Source: Candidatus Latescibacterota bacterium (GTDB taxonomy: Bacteria > Latescibacterota > UBA2968 > GCA-2709665). Taken from it: a DNA stretch of 64,000 nt. The stretch is taken from contig OZ250150.1 of assembly GCA_965237675.1 (NCBI GenBank), positions 4,704,001 through 4,768,000 of the forward strand. Direction: 5' to 3'. This document shows, piece by piece, positions 20,221 through 29,980 of this stretch. The notes under the pieces were generated by a model. The model was given only the letters and a program-made list of their open reading frames with translations. It did not search any database and was not told the origin of the DNA. The position numbers and the translations under genes are program-made. The stretch's first letter is position 1. Each line of letters begins with the position of its first letter.

Positions 20221-20321
20221 GGTTAACGGTTCTTGGCTTTACGACGTGGGCCAGTCCCAAAGGCCCATGTGCCCGCAGGGCCGAGGGGCGGATGCCCCGA
20301 AGCGTAAAGCCGGTGTTAGCC
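20221..20321 (-). other. attC-like site
   Basis: GGTTAAC...GGCTTTACG...CGTAAAGCC-GGT-GTTAGCC. Confidence 0.85.
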
Positions 20322-20400
20322 GTCGTTATTAATTCGTATCCGTTCATTGTCGGGGCCTTATGTATCAAAATGTAGCCGCTAACTCATTCAGGCAGACTTC

Positions 20401-21321
20401 TCATTCACCAAAAAACGGGTACGGCTCGCCGGCTTCCACCAGCCTTTGTACCAGACTCGAGTACTTCAACACCTCCGTCAGCCGGGTGCGCCAATGCGGG
20501 GCGTAGAAGCCGACGAATTCCTGGAAGAACGCTCGCGCATCCTCACTGACGCCATCGAAGTATTGCGGCAGCAAAAACCATGGCTGGTCACTGGCGTAGT
20601 TCAGCCCCCGCTGGCGCATCGTGAACTCTGCGGCGGCCCGTTTTTTTACCGAGATCATCAACGAGCGCCTGAGCTTGTCGGTGTGATAGCGGCCCCGATG
20701 AATGCACAACTGGGTAAACAGCACCGCGTCACCGGGTTCCTGGTGGAGACGAACGGCGCCAGGCATATCGTTCGAGCGGTTGTGGATCCCATCATCGGCG
20801 ACGCAGATCGCGTGCTCTTCGGGGGAGTAGTCACGCAGGTGAGACCCCGGCACCACTTCGAGATCGTCGGTAGGGACCAATGCGATTTGCATCTGCAACC
20901 CGGCTCCGGTCTCCGGTCTCCGGGATACGTCTGCTTCTGCACCGATCTTGTCCTTGTGCCAAAATCCGTCCTGGCTTTCTCCGGTCGGATTACAGTAGAG
21001 ACTGCTCAAGGCGAAGAGGAATTCTTCATCCAAGGCTGCGCTCAGCGATTCGACAACTTGGGGCGACCCCATGGCATTGAGCAGAAAGGCGAGATCGTCG
21101 GGGTGATCGCGGTGATATTCCGGGTCGTTCAGGTGCCTCATGTAATTGGCCTGGGGCCCCACCGGTGGATTGTCACAGCGAGGAGCGCGCCGCCACTGTT
21201 CCAGCACTCGCTCACAGATCTCGCGCAGCCGTTTTGTCGTCGCTGCGTCGAACAAACCGCGCACCACGGCGTAAGAGTGTTGGCGTAGCTGCCCAGGGCA
21301 GGGTTCAGTAGCAATACTCAT
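20401..21321 (-). CDS. Phytanoyl-CoA dioxygenase (PhyH)-family protein, copy 1
   Basis: WHKD; VVPGSH; PGDAVLF...IHRG. Confidence 0.85.
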   Translation of the reverse strand: MSIATEPCPGQLRQHSYAVVRGLFDAATTKRLREICERVLEQWRRAPRCDNPPVGPQANYMRHLNDPEYHRDHPDDLAFLLNAMGSPQVVESLSAALDEEFLFALSSLYCNPTGESQDGFWHKDKIGAEADVSRRPETGAGLQMQIALVPTDDLEVVPGSHLRDYSPEEHAICVADDGIHNRSNDMPGAVRLHQEPGDAVLFTQLCIHRGRYHTDKLRRSLMISVKKRAAAEFTMRQRGLNYASDQPWFLLPQYFDGVSEDARAFFQEFVGFYAPHWRTRLTEVLKYSSLVQRLVEAGEPYPFFGE

Positions 21322-21432
21322 TATATCCTCTTGTGTTGCTGTAAGAATTGCGTCGCAATTGGACTGTAAAAGTGCGGACAGGCTGTCTCGTGCTGTCTAA
21401 CTACGTATGGAAATCAATGCTCTATTAATTGC

Positions 21433-21516
21433 GGCTAACGTTTTCGCCGTGCCCGAACCGCGAAGCGGTTGCGCGAAGGGCCGTATGGCCCGTAGCCGGG
21501 CACGGACGTGTTATGT
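21433..21516 (-). other. attC-like site
   Basis: GGCTAAC-7nt-CCGTGCCCG...CGGGCACGG-4nt-GTTATGT. Confidence 0.9.
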
Positions 21517-21635
21517 GTTGTGCCAGCCGGGGGGCGGGGGCGGCCTTGCCACGGATGGCAAGGCCGCTTTGTCGCTGAAACAGAATTTCCGCTAAATGAA
21601 TTATTCAGCGGAAATCTTGAAAGAAGAACGAGGGA

Positions 21636-21806
21636 TTATGTCTCCCGTTTCACCGATTCTTCTCTACTTTTCCGCACCAGCTTCTCAGGATGCTCTTTCT
21701 GGCGTCTTATGTAATACGCCACCAATTTCTCTGGGTCGTGATCACATTGCTCCGAAATCCTATGACGCACTTCACGAATCCTACGAATGGTCGGATCATC
21801 TTTCAT
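21636..21806 (-). CDS. 56-aa putative partner/antitoxin of the PIN protein (absent from the ORF track)
   Basis: Hand-translated MKDDPTIRRIREVRHRISEQCDHDPEKLVAYY...; overlaps the 3' end of the PIN gene. Confidence 0.65.
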   Translation of the reverse strand: MKDDPTIRRIREVRHRISEQCDHDPEKLVAYYIRRQKEHPEKLVRKSREESVKRET

Positions 21807-22281
21807 CTTCAATATCTCCTAGGAGTTCCAGCGGAGTCACCAACGTGGGCACATATAAGCCAAGAATAGTGTTGACTCGCTTGATGTGGGCAAACTTATT
21901 CGCGTTAGCCAGATGATTGCAATTCCATGTGAGCAAAAATTCACACTTATGATAAGAGGCTGTCGCAAGATGGAGTGCATCGCCCAGGGGATCATTAGGC
22001 ATCATCTGGTGTTGGATATATGCTTCTACAATCTCAGCGATTTCTCGTTCAATTGGCAGCAGTGGCAAAGGAGCAACCAGGGCCAATACTCGGTCCTTGT
22101 TAGGATACTCTCCTCCACTGAGTTCATCGATAACCGCTTCACTGGTGAAAATCTCATAACCCTCACGCCGTTCGTCCCACCACTGGCGTGTCCAAGTCCG
22201 CTTTGCAGCCATCTCGGGTTCTGTACGTGTTTCGTAATAGAAACTGGGAATAGATATCTCGATGTAGACCTTAGGAATCAT
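21796..22281 (-). CDS. PIN-domain (VapC-like) protein
   Basis: VYIE.SIPS; SEAVIDE; DALHLA; LLTWNCNHLAN. Confidence 0.85.
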   Translation of the reverse strand: MIPKVYIEISIPSFYYETRTEPEMAAKRTWTRQWWDERREGYEIFTSEAVIDELSGGEYPNKDRVLALVAPLPLLPIEREIAEIVEAYIQHQMMPNDPLGDALHLATASYHKCEFLLTWNCNHLANANKFAHIKRVNTILGLYVPTLVTPLELLGDIEDER

Positions 22282-22471
22282 TATATATCATATTGTTTTT
22301 AATATGGTAAAGACGGTTCAATTCTGCTGCGATTGGTCACCTATAGACCTGCTATAAATCTACATATCTTAATTAAGTTCTTCAAGCGAAATTTCCGCTA
22401 CTGAAGAACGTAGTGAGATTCTCTTGGGCGGCCAGGACGGCCGCCTGCTTTTGGAGGAAGGCTGGCATGGC

Positions 22472-22559
22472 TTATAACGTTCCCGCGGGCTGCGAACCTG
22501 CGCCAGCAGGTTGCTGCGGAGGCCCGAAAGGGCCGGAGCCGCAGCCCGACGTGTTAGCT
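22472..22559 (-). other. attC-like site
   Basis: TTATAAC...CGGGCTGCG...CGCAGCCCG-ACGT-GTTAGCT. Confidence 0.9.
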
Positions 22560-22620
22560 GCAGTTGTCCCTAGCTAATGCGATGCGTTAAGAATCTCGAA
22601 GTCGTCTTCAGTGTTTTTTA

Positions 22621-23160
22621 TTAAACGTTTTTGGTTGCCCGAATTCGAGCGAGTAAAACCGGAACCCAATGATCGCCGTACCGAGTGCGAAGGATTGTTG
22701 ACATCCAATCCTCTCCGGTAATCAGACCGCGGCACTCGGATGAATCACAATTGCAGTTCATCGCGAACTCAAAACTATCCGCCTGCGTGGCATAGTCTAC
22801 TGAAATCTCTTCGTTTTTTAGTATGTCTCTCCGGGATTCCAGAGTGAAGGCATCAACGTGCCAAACAGTCGGATCACAGCTGTGATTCAAGAAATGGACT
22901 TGCTGTCTCGGTACAATGAACAGATCAAGACCTTCAGCAACGCTGATACTGTCAACGTAAGGCAGATCAGGGTTGCTTTCTCTTGCGGAGATCATCTTCA
23001 GCAGGTTATCTCGAGAGATAATCTCGCCGCCGAACTGCAGAATCCTCGTGCCGGCAGTGATTAAGGTCTCAGCGAAAAGACACGATCCCTCAATCTCGGA
23101 TCTTCGGACTCCCACTTCGCTATGCAACCAACACTTCGATGGGGGTTGAGGTGTTTTCAC
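22621..23160 (-). CDS. SET-domain protein with post-SET cysteines
   Basis: FLNHSCDP; EEISVDY; CNCDSSECRG. Confidence 0.9.
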   Translation of the reverse strand: MKTPQPPSKCWLHSEVGVRRSEIEGSCLFAETLITAGTRILQFGGEIISRDNLLKMISARESNPDLPYVDSISVAEGLDLFIVPRQQVHFLNHSCDPTVWHVDAFTLESRRDILKNEEISVDYATQADSFEFAMNCNCDSSECRGLITGEDWMSTILRTRYGDHWVPVLLARIRATKNV

Positions 23161-23189
23161 GTAGACATCGCGATCTCTGGGGCAATTGC

Positions 23190-23341
23190 AGATAACGTTC
23201 CCGGGCTATACGACGTTCCCCGGTCCGGCGAAGCCGGATTGGCGCGGCGCTTGCGTCTCTCAGCAAGCGACGTGACAAAGGGGAATGTGCCCGAAGGGCC
23301 GGAGGGAGCGAAGCGACCGGAGCGAATAGCCCGTGTTAGCA
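23190..23341 (-). other. attC-like site (long)
   Basis: AGATAAC...CGGGCTAT...ATAGCCCG-T-GTTAGCA. Confidence 0.85.
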
Positions 23342-23939
23342 GAAGTCGCATCGGGGTGGCGCCCCTCTCGGTCCTGGAGATCGGGGCGTACATACAGCGT
23401 GCGACATAGGTTTGGTTCCTCTCATCTGATTGGGATGACCTGAGATCCGATTCGAAAAAATGGTTTAGCCCTAGGCAATACCGAAGAGATCACGACATCT
23501 CTCCAAAACCTTCACGTCAGGACCAGCAAGGGCAGTGGCCCCTCCAAGCGGCACGCGAGCAAAGTGATCCCGAACTTAGCGGCATGCCCTCTGGGTAGGG
23601 GCGCAGCCTTCGGCATAGTCAAGTCATTAGCAAGTGAGCTTTTGGACAAGACGAAGGTGCATTCCGCCGGATATTCAGTTTTCTCCGTCGCCTTTTCGCC
23701 ACTTCGATAGGTGTAAAAATCAAGCAACCGGTGTGACACAGGCCAATGTGTGGGTAGTGGTGTTGAGGTGGGTCCAGGAGCGCTTTATTTTGCGACGGCG
23801 CTCATGGCCCGACAATACAGATCTTCTACGTCGATGTCCGAGGCCGTCACTTCGGAGCACCACGCACGAAGTGTATGGGAGGCTCGATATGTTCGCTACG
23901 GCTCAAGTGATTCCTGATTGCGTTCCCGAATCCGCTTAG

Positions 23940-25627
23940 CCCGATTAATTCATGAATCGTCAGATAGAGCATTTTAAGGAAGCAGAAAGAGCTTCCGAGT
24001 GAGACAAGAAACGAAAGCGCATGGGCTGTGACGGATTTGGCGTGTTCAAGCCGTTTGGGCGGCGCCTGCTTTGCCTCGTGACGTCAGGTTGACCTCGATG
24101 CCCGTGTCAAGCGCACAGACTTCTCCATGACCTTTGGTGGTGGTCGATGCAAATGTGAAGGCGGGGTCAGCACGTCGATGGGTTATGGAACACCCGTTGC
24201 CAGATTATAGAGGATCTTGCCATAAAGGTGTTTGAGTGGAAACGCCGTTGGCAGATGGAACTTGATTTTAGTTTTCAACTCACAAACGCGCCCGGCGACT
24301 TTCAAGAGACGATTTTGCAGGGTATTGAACTGTGCGTTGGTCCACTTCGTGCCGCGCAATCCGATTGCAGCCAGGCTGTGCATCAGGACATAGGCGGCGC
24401 TGTGGAGAAAGAGACGGAAGTGATTGGCCTGGAAGGTGTGACAAGAGGTGCGATCGGAATGGAGAAAGGTCTTGTGATTTTTGATGAAGTTTTCCATCCT
24501 GCCGCGTGTGCAATAGGCGGTTTTGTAGATGAATGACGGTTGGGCGCGCTTCAGGTTGGTGACCACGAATCGGATATTGACACCTTGCGGTGTCACTTCC
24601 GCCTTGCAGACGATGCGTTGTGGACACGCCCAGGTGCCGGCCTGATAGGCCCAACAGCGATAAAGGCGCACGGTTTCTCCGGAATCGGCATACCGCGTTT
24701 TGGCCTGGTCTATCAAGGACTGTGCCTTCCGCAGGAGTTTGGCGTTGCCGTTCTGTCCGAGGACAAAATACACATCTTCTTCCTCACACAACACGTGCAC
24801 TTCCGGACACGAAAAATGCGCATCGCCACGTAACAGGATCTCCACGTCGGGCCAGGCTTTACGCAGGTAGGCGATCACCCGTTTGAGGATGGTGACGATC
24901 TCTTTACCCGCAGGCCGCCTGCCAGGACGCAAGACCGTCGTGATCAACTTGCCGGTTTGGCCTTCATAGATATGCAGGGGCTGGTAGCAATAGCCATTGA
25001 AATACGCATTGAACAACGACAACTGTTGAGACCCATGCACCTTGTCTTCGGTGTCATCGATGTCCAACAGAATGGCTTCCGGCGGTTCCTCATACGAGGC
25101 GACAAACACATCCGCAAAGGCCTTGGCGATCCGATACAAATCGGTTCTGCTGATGCGGTTCTCGAACCGACTCATCGTGGGCTGACTGGCCAGGTCCGCG
25201 CCAGACAACGGCAACCGATCACAGGCCGCCTTGAAGCCGGGGTCCTCGCGTAACGTCTTGCAATCATTCGCATCCTCATACCCACAGGCCATCTGAAAGA
25301 CACGTTGTTTGATCAGGTCCATCATCGAATGATGTACGTAACTTTGATGTCGATGATCGGTGAGCGCCGCAACCATCCGATGCAAAATGCCGACATTGGC
25401 CTCGACCTCACGAAGCAGCATCACCCCGACGTCGGTCGTCAGCACGCCCCCGTCGAACGTGGCTTCTACCTGCCTACCAGAAAGACTTGCGAAAGACAAC
25501 CTGTGATGTTTATCTTGAACTCCCACGGTAGTTTCCTCCTGTTTCATTGTTATTAGGTTATTTGCGTAACCATAATATAATACAATGACTTGGGTATGGA
25601 AACTACCTTTTTTGTGAATTATTCAGG
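23940..25627 (-). mobile_element. IS1380-family element, copy 1 (1688 bp)
   Basis: IRs CCCGATTAATTCA / TGAATTATTCAGG; 4-bp TSD TTAG. Confidence 0.92.
24183..25547 (-). CDS. IS1380-family transposase
   Basis: FDGG..TTD.G; GYEDAND; LASQPTMSR; LDIDDT; RGDAHF; RG.MENFIK. Confidence 0.92.
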   Translation of the reverse strand: MKQEETTVGVQDKHHRLSFASLSGRQVEATFDGGVLTTDVGVMLLREVEANVGILHRMVAALTDHRHQSYVHHSMMDLIKQRVFQMACGYEDANDCKTLREDPGFKAACDRLPLSGADLASQPTMSRFENRISRTDLYRIAKAFADVFVASYEEPPEAILLDIDDTEDKVHGSQQLSLFNAYFNGYCYQPLHIYEGQTGKLITTVLRPGRRPAGKEIVTILKRVIAYLRKAWPDVEILLRGDAHFSCPEVHVLCEEEDVYFVLGQNGNAKLLRKAQSLIDQAKTRYADSGETVRLYRCWAYQAGTWACPQRIVCKAEVTPQGVNIRFVVTNLKRAQPSFIYKTAYCTRGRMENFIKNHKTFLHSDRTSCHTFQANHFRLFLHSAAYVLMHSLAAIGLRGTKWTNAQFNTLQNRLLKVAGRVCELKTKIKFHLPTAFPLKHLYGKILYNLATGVP

Positions 25628-26074
25628 TTAGGTCTTCGAAATAAGAAATAGATAGAAGCACCAAGGACATTGGAGCCAAGAATTGTAATGCCCCAACCCA
25701 ACTTCTGCCCAGGCTACCACTGACATTGACGGGCGCCCAATGCCAGCAACAGCATGATGCGCTCGCAGGGGCAGATCAGAGACCCGAGGAAACGCGAGAA
25801 GACAGGACCAGGATGGCAACAAATGGTCAAGTCTCCCTTACGTGTCATATCTCTCTGAACGATACGTAAGGGGTCTCCTGATGTCAATGTGCCAGGGAGG
25901 AAACGCCGGCCGGGGATCAGGGCCTGTGGCGTCCGTTGCCAAGGGGTCGCGGCGGATCGGGCCTTCCGGCGCATTGGGTGAATCACGTTGTGATTAGCCG
26001 GTTCCTGGGGACGTCGATTCCCCGAGTCGGCGAAGCGACGAATCCCGCAGATAAGTCCCGCAACGGGCGCATGC

Positions 26075-27451
26075 CTACCTGCTGAACGCGTCGGGCCTGC
26101 TGGAGTCCGAGGGCCAGTACCCGTCGCGGCTCGGGTGCCAGCGCTTGCCGCACAGGTCGGAGATCACGCTCCATTCGGGGGCGCTCAGATCAGGGTCCGG
26201 CTGGAACAGGAAGCGCTGCAGGCCGGCCCGCTCGGAGGCGGTCAGGATGCCGTGCAGGTCGCGGGCGGTCATGGGCTCGCCCCCGTGCGGACGGCGCCCC
26301 GTCGACACCCAGGCGATCACCTTGTTCACATCCCCGATGGCCTCCAGCGCTCGGCGCGTCTCGTTGTACACCAGCTCCGAGTAGAACTCCTCGGGGAACC
26401 CCAGTTCCATGTCCGCCAGGGTCTGCACCCCGGGAAGCTCCAGCCCCAGGAAGGCCTTGACCACGGCGAAGCCGTCTGCCTCCAACAGGGTCGGGTTCCA
26501 GTCCAGGACCTGCTGCACCCAGCGGGCCATGGTGCCGTAGAGGCCGTCATTCCCGCGGTGCCAGAAGTAGTGCTTGGGGAAGACGTAGTCGAAGTACTCC
26601 GCCATCTCGCCAAATTCGTGCCCGGTCAGTGACGAGAAAGCGGCGGTGCGCGGAATGCCCCCCAGCTCCACCTTCCCTCCCACTCTCTGCATCTGCGCGT
26701 GCACGGCGCGCATGAACCCCCGCGCCGCTTCGCGGCGGGCGCGCAGCCAGTACAGGGCATCCTCGTTCAGGTCGAACAGGTTCAGTGCCCCCAGCATGCC
26801 GCCGGACGCGTGGTAGCGCACCAGATCCGGAGTCAGGTTGTGGAAACGCTCGTTCAGGTGCGCCATGCCGCGGGCGACGCGCTCCACATCGGCGCCGATG
26901 GCTTCCAGGCGGTGCCGCATGCGACCGTCCAGTTCCAGTAGGGCCTTACCCCGATGGAAGGCAAGTTCGTAGAAGGTCTCACCGGGCTGGTCCAGGATGA
27001 CGCCGTGGGCCTGGGGATAGGCACTGGCCAGGTCGTGCACCCCGGCGGCCACCTCGATGGCCCCGAAAGGGTCCTCCTCCTCGGCTAGGCCGCTGGTGGT
27101 ACCCTGGCCCCGCTGGTAGAGCAGCCGGAGCCCGTCTCTGGAGTCGAAGATCATGATGTGCCAGCCCCGGGAGGCGGCGTTGTCGAGGAGCGCGTGGAGC
27201 TGCTTCTCCCTCTCGGGGGTGCGGGCCGTTTCCGGGGGCGGCTTGATGCCGAACGCGGCGTACACCTTTGGGTCCGCCGCAAACGAGGGGGTGAGGGTGT
27301 CCCCCCACAACGGCATGCCGGCCTCGTTCCTGAGCCACATCCGTCCCACCACGATGCCGCCCACCCCTCCCGCCTCCCACGCGTCGAAGATGCGCGGGTA
27401 GTCGTCCAGCCAGTGCTCCAGGGGATTGTGCACGAAGATCCAGGGTACCAT
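26075..27451 (-). CDS. Conserved hypothetical protein (paralog of 39094-40407)
   Basis: Long GC-rich ORF; shares FPKHYFWHRG.DG.YGT and AWVSTGRRPHGG. Confidence 0.8.
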   Translation of the reverse strand: MVPWIFVHNPLEHWLDDYPRIFDAWEAGGVGGIVVGRMWLRNEAGMPLWGDTLTPSFAADPKVYAAFGIKPPPETARTPEREKQLHALLDNAASRGWHIMIFDSRDGLRLLYQRGQGTTSGLAEEEDPFGAIEVAAGVHDLASAYPQAHGVILDQPGETFYELAFHRGKALLELDGRMRHRLEAIGADVERVARGMAHLNERFHNLTPDLVRYHASGGMLGALNLFDLNEDALYWLRARREAARGFMRAVHAQMQRVGGKVELGGIPRTAAFSSLTGHEFGEMAEYFDYVFPKHYFWHRGNDGLYGTMARWVQQVLDWNPTLLEADGFAVVKAFLGLELPGVQTLADMELGFPEEFYSELVYNETRRALEAIGDVNKVIAWVSTGRRPHGGEPMTARDLHGILTASERAGLQRFLFQPDPDLSAPEWSVISDLCGKRWHPSRDGYWPSDSSRPDAFSR

Positions 27452-27779
27452 CGCGTCACCTCTCTCTGGGGTTACCCCAGTTTAGTGGACGGTTCCTTAA
27501 CTGCACATTCAATGAGCATCCACAGCCAGAAACCTATCATGCCCAAGAGGAGGACAAGCAGGATTTCCCAAAGACCTATGCCGAACATTCTCGCCTCCCT
27601 TGTTTTCGGTCAATCGAATGGTTGATAATTATCTCGAGCTTTGGATTTAGGGAAGATCTGACTCGGGATTTCTCCGCTGTCGCATAAATCCAAGTATAGG
27701 AACGAGTGTTGATGGTGGGGAGGGTGGGGCTATTTTTGCACGCAATCACGGTTCTTCTGGGGGTGGTGGGGGCGATTTC

Positions 27780-27913
27780 TGCTAACTACGGTATTACCGA
27801 ACAGTTACGGTAATGCGTACCTGATCCGAAGATCTGCGAACGTTCGGGAACATTCCACGCTGAAGCTTGTAGCCCGAACATGTTCAGGAATGCTTCCTAT
27901 GGTGGCATCGTCT
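27780..27913 (-). other. attI-like platform site, copy 1
   Basis: Identity among the three copies starts at GCTAAC; ATTACCG-AACAGTTA-CGGTAAT palindrome. Confidence 0.75.
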
Positions 27914-28102
27914 CTAATCAAAAACTGCCTCCCTTTCTTCCATCAATGCATCCAGCGGGCTCTGGATTTTCGCGAGATCCCGATTCGTCACCCGAGTATA
28001 GATCTGTGTGGTCTTTGGGCTTACGTGCCCGAGCAACACCTGGATATATCGCAGGTCCGTCCCGCGTTCAAGCAGGTGTGTCGCAAAGGAATGCCGTAGC
28101 GT
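27914..28102 (-). pseudogene. 3' fragment of the tyrosine recombinase
   Basis: Encodes [26 protein letters not shown]...; near-identical to 53835-54023. Confidence 0.9.
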
Positions 28103-28481
28103 CGGTATCCGCTGGACAATTTTCGCTTTCTCGCAAGCCCAGTCAAACGCGGTCTGTACCGACCTCTCCCTGTGCTATCGGATTTCGCCAACCCATTGCG
28201 CCCAAAAAACGGGAGCAACTTAGTCGTGAAACTGAAATCCCAAGTCTCAAATATCGCCACTCACTCGAACCGCATCCATTCAACAATATCATCGAGAGCC
28301 TTGTCTTGATAGCTCACCGCGTCCTCCCGTCCTACAAAGCCATGAACAAAATCCGTGGAGGCAGTCGCCTTCCTTGGATCATCATTCCACACGTGATACT
28401 CCCTCAGCCCAATTACCGTCGTGGGCATACACATTATACGGGCTGACAATGCACTTGAAATCCAGCAGTATGCATAGTTCG

Positions 28482-28913
28482 TCAGTTGTCGATCAGAGCT
28501 TGCCTGATCCGTTCTGCATATGAATCCAACTCTTGATCAGGTAGACGATCTAACCACCGTGGATAAACTCTCAATAAACCATCGTCTATCATCCTTGGGT
28601 GGATATGAAAATGCACATGGGGGACTTCCTGGTGAGCGCCTGGCCCATTGCTCTGCCATATGCTTAATCCGTCAAGCGCGAATGCTTTTTTGACGGTTTG
28701 AGAAAGTAGGATCATAGCTTTCATAATCCCGAATCCTGCTTCCTCTGACAGGGCATAGATGTCCTGAAAGTGCTCTTTGGGAATGACCAGAATGTGCCCA
28801 GGAATTGCTTGCCTTGGATCTATCATCGCGATGACAGAGTCCGTCTCGTATACAATCCTTGCGCTCTTAGTTCCTTCCACGATCTCACAGAAAACACATT
28901 TCGTTTCATCCAT
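28482..28913 (-). CDS. HIT family hydrolase
   Basis: CVFC; GHILVIPK; QEVPHVHFHIHPR. Confidence 0.9.
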   Translation of the reverse strand: MDETKCVFCEIVEGTKSARIVYETDSVIAMIDPRQAIPGHILVIPKEHFQDIYALSEEAGFGIMKAMILLSQTVKKAFALDGLSIWQSNGPGAHQEVPHVHFHIHPRMIDDGLLRVYPRWLDRLPDQELDSYAERIRQALIDN

Positions 28914-29009
28914 CCAGTCCCCACATTGCTTTGTGAAAAAGTTATTATGACATACGAAAAAGGAACCCCACGGTAGTCGGTGTGTGCCATTCTTTGATTT
29001 CTTGCGTGC

Positions 29010-29092
29010 AGTCAACGATCTCACGGGCCGTGAACCTGCGAAGCAGGTTGGGCGACGGGCGTAAACCCGAAGGCGGGGGCACGGTGTTAGAC
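29010..29092 (-). other. attC-like site
   Basis: AGTCAAC...AACCTGCGAAGCAGGTT...GTTAGAC. Confidence 0.75.
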
Positions 29093-29128
29093 GAAGGGCA
29101 GTTTCGGTCAATGTCCCTACGACTTGGC

Positions 29129-29536
29129 CTATACGAATACTGCGGGGGAGACGCCAAATCGCCTGGACAAAGCACGTATCTGCCGGACGTTTAGCTCTCG
29201 CTTACCTTCCAGAATCTCAGAAACCACCCCTTGCGAACCCACCTCCGGCAAATCCGACTGGGTCAATTCATGCTCCTCCATGAGAAGCCGGAGTGGATCG
29301 GCGCCCTCCAACCCGGGCATGGAATGGTGTTGTTCTTCCCAAGCGTGGACAATGGTGCCCAACGTATCGAGCAGAGAATAAAGCGGATGCCGTTCATCGG
29401 TGCCTACTTCATCGATCAGGCTGTTGAGCCGCGCCAGGGCCAGGTCGTATTCCTGCTCGTTCTGAATCTTGAGTAACGCACTCACTTGCGTCCAGGATCG
29501 CTGAAGCTGTGGGGTAATGACACTCATGTCCTCCAT
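29129..29536 (-). CDS. higA: HigA-type HTH antitoxin
   Basis: LMEEHELTQSDLPEVGSQGVVSEILEGKRELN. Confidence 0.9.
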   Translation of the reverse strand: MEDMSVITPQLQRSWTQVSALLKIQNEQEYDLALARLNSLIDEVGTDERHPLYSLLDTLGTIVHAWEEQHHSMPGLEGADPLRLLMEEHELTQSDLPEVGSQGVVSEILEGKRELNVRQIRALSRRFGVSPAVFV

Positions 29537-29811
29537 CCTCCACGGTCGTAGGCTTGGTGTGTAAGCACATGACGGATGTATACTTTGCCCCGGTTGAAGT
29601 GAATAGATACAACAAGACGGTACTTGCTGCCGGCGATGTTGAACACAACGAATTCGCCGACCTTGTCGGCCGAAGGAAAGGTGTGGCGCAATGCCGCGAA
29701 ACTCCCAAACTGAGTTTGCCGCATGATCTTGAACCAGCGACTCAGAGGCTTCTCACTGTCGGGATGCTGTGCCCAAAACGCTCGGAGGGCTTTGCGTGAG
29801 ATTACATGCAC
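29524..29811 (-). CDS. higB: HigB-type toxin
   Basis: MHVISRKAL; VFNIAGSKYRLV; VLTH..YD. Confidence 0.9.
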   Translation of the reverse strand: MHVISRKALRAFWAQHPDSEKPLSRWFKIMRQTQFGSFAALRHTFPSADKVGEFVVFNIAGSKYRLVVSIHFNRGKVYIRHVLTHQAYDRGGWRT

Positions 29812-29902
29812 CTACATAATATATCGTAATAAGCGATATGCCGCAAATATCCTGCCCCGCGTCCCAATCCACGGGCCTGACTCGACGCCATTGCTGCCTT
29901 TC

Positions 29903-29980
29903 GTCTAACCTTCTGGCCACTCGCGCATCCGCGTAGCGGGTTGCCGAATGGCCGAAGGAGCGTCGCGACAGCAGCGCTCC
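29903..29980 (-). other. attC-like site with deleted right arm
   Basis: GTCTAAC... homologous to 10056-10145 but lacking the GTT segment. Confidence 0.6.
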
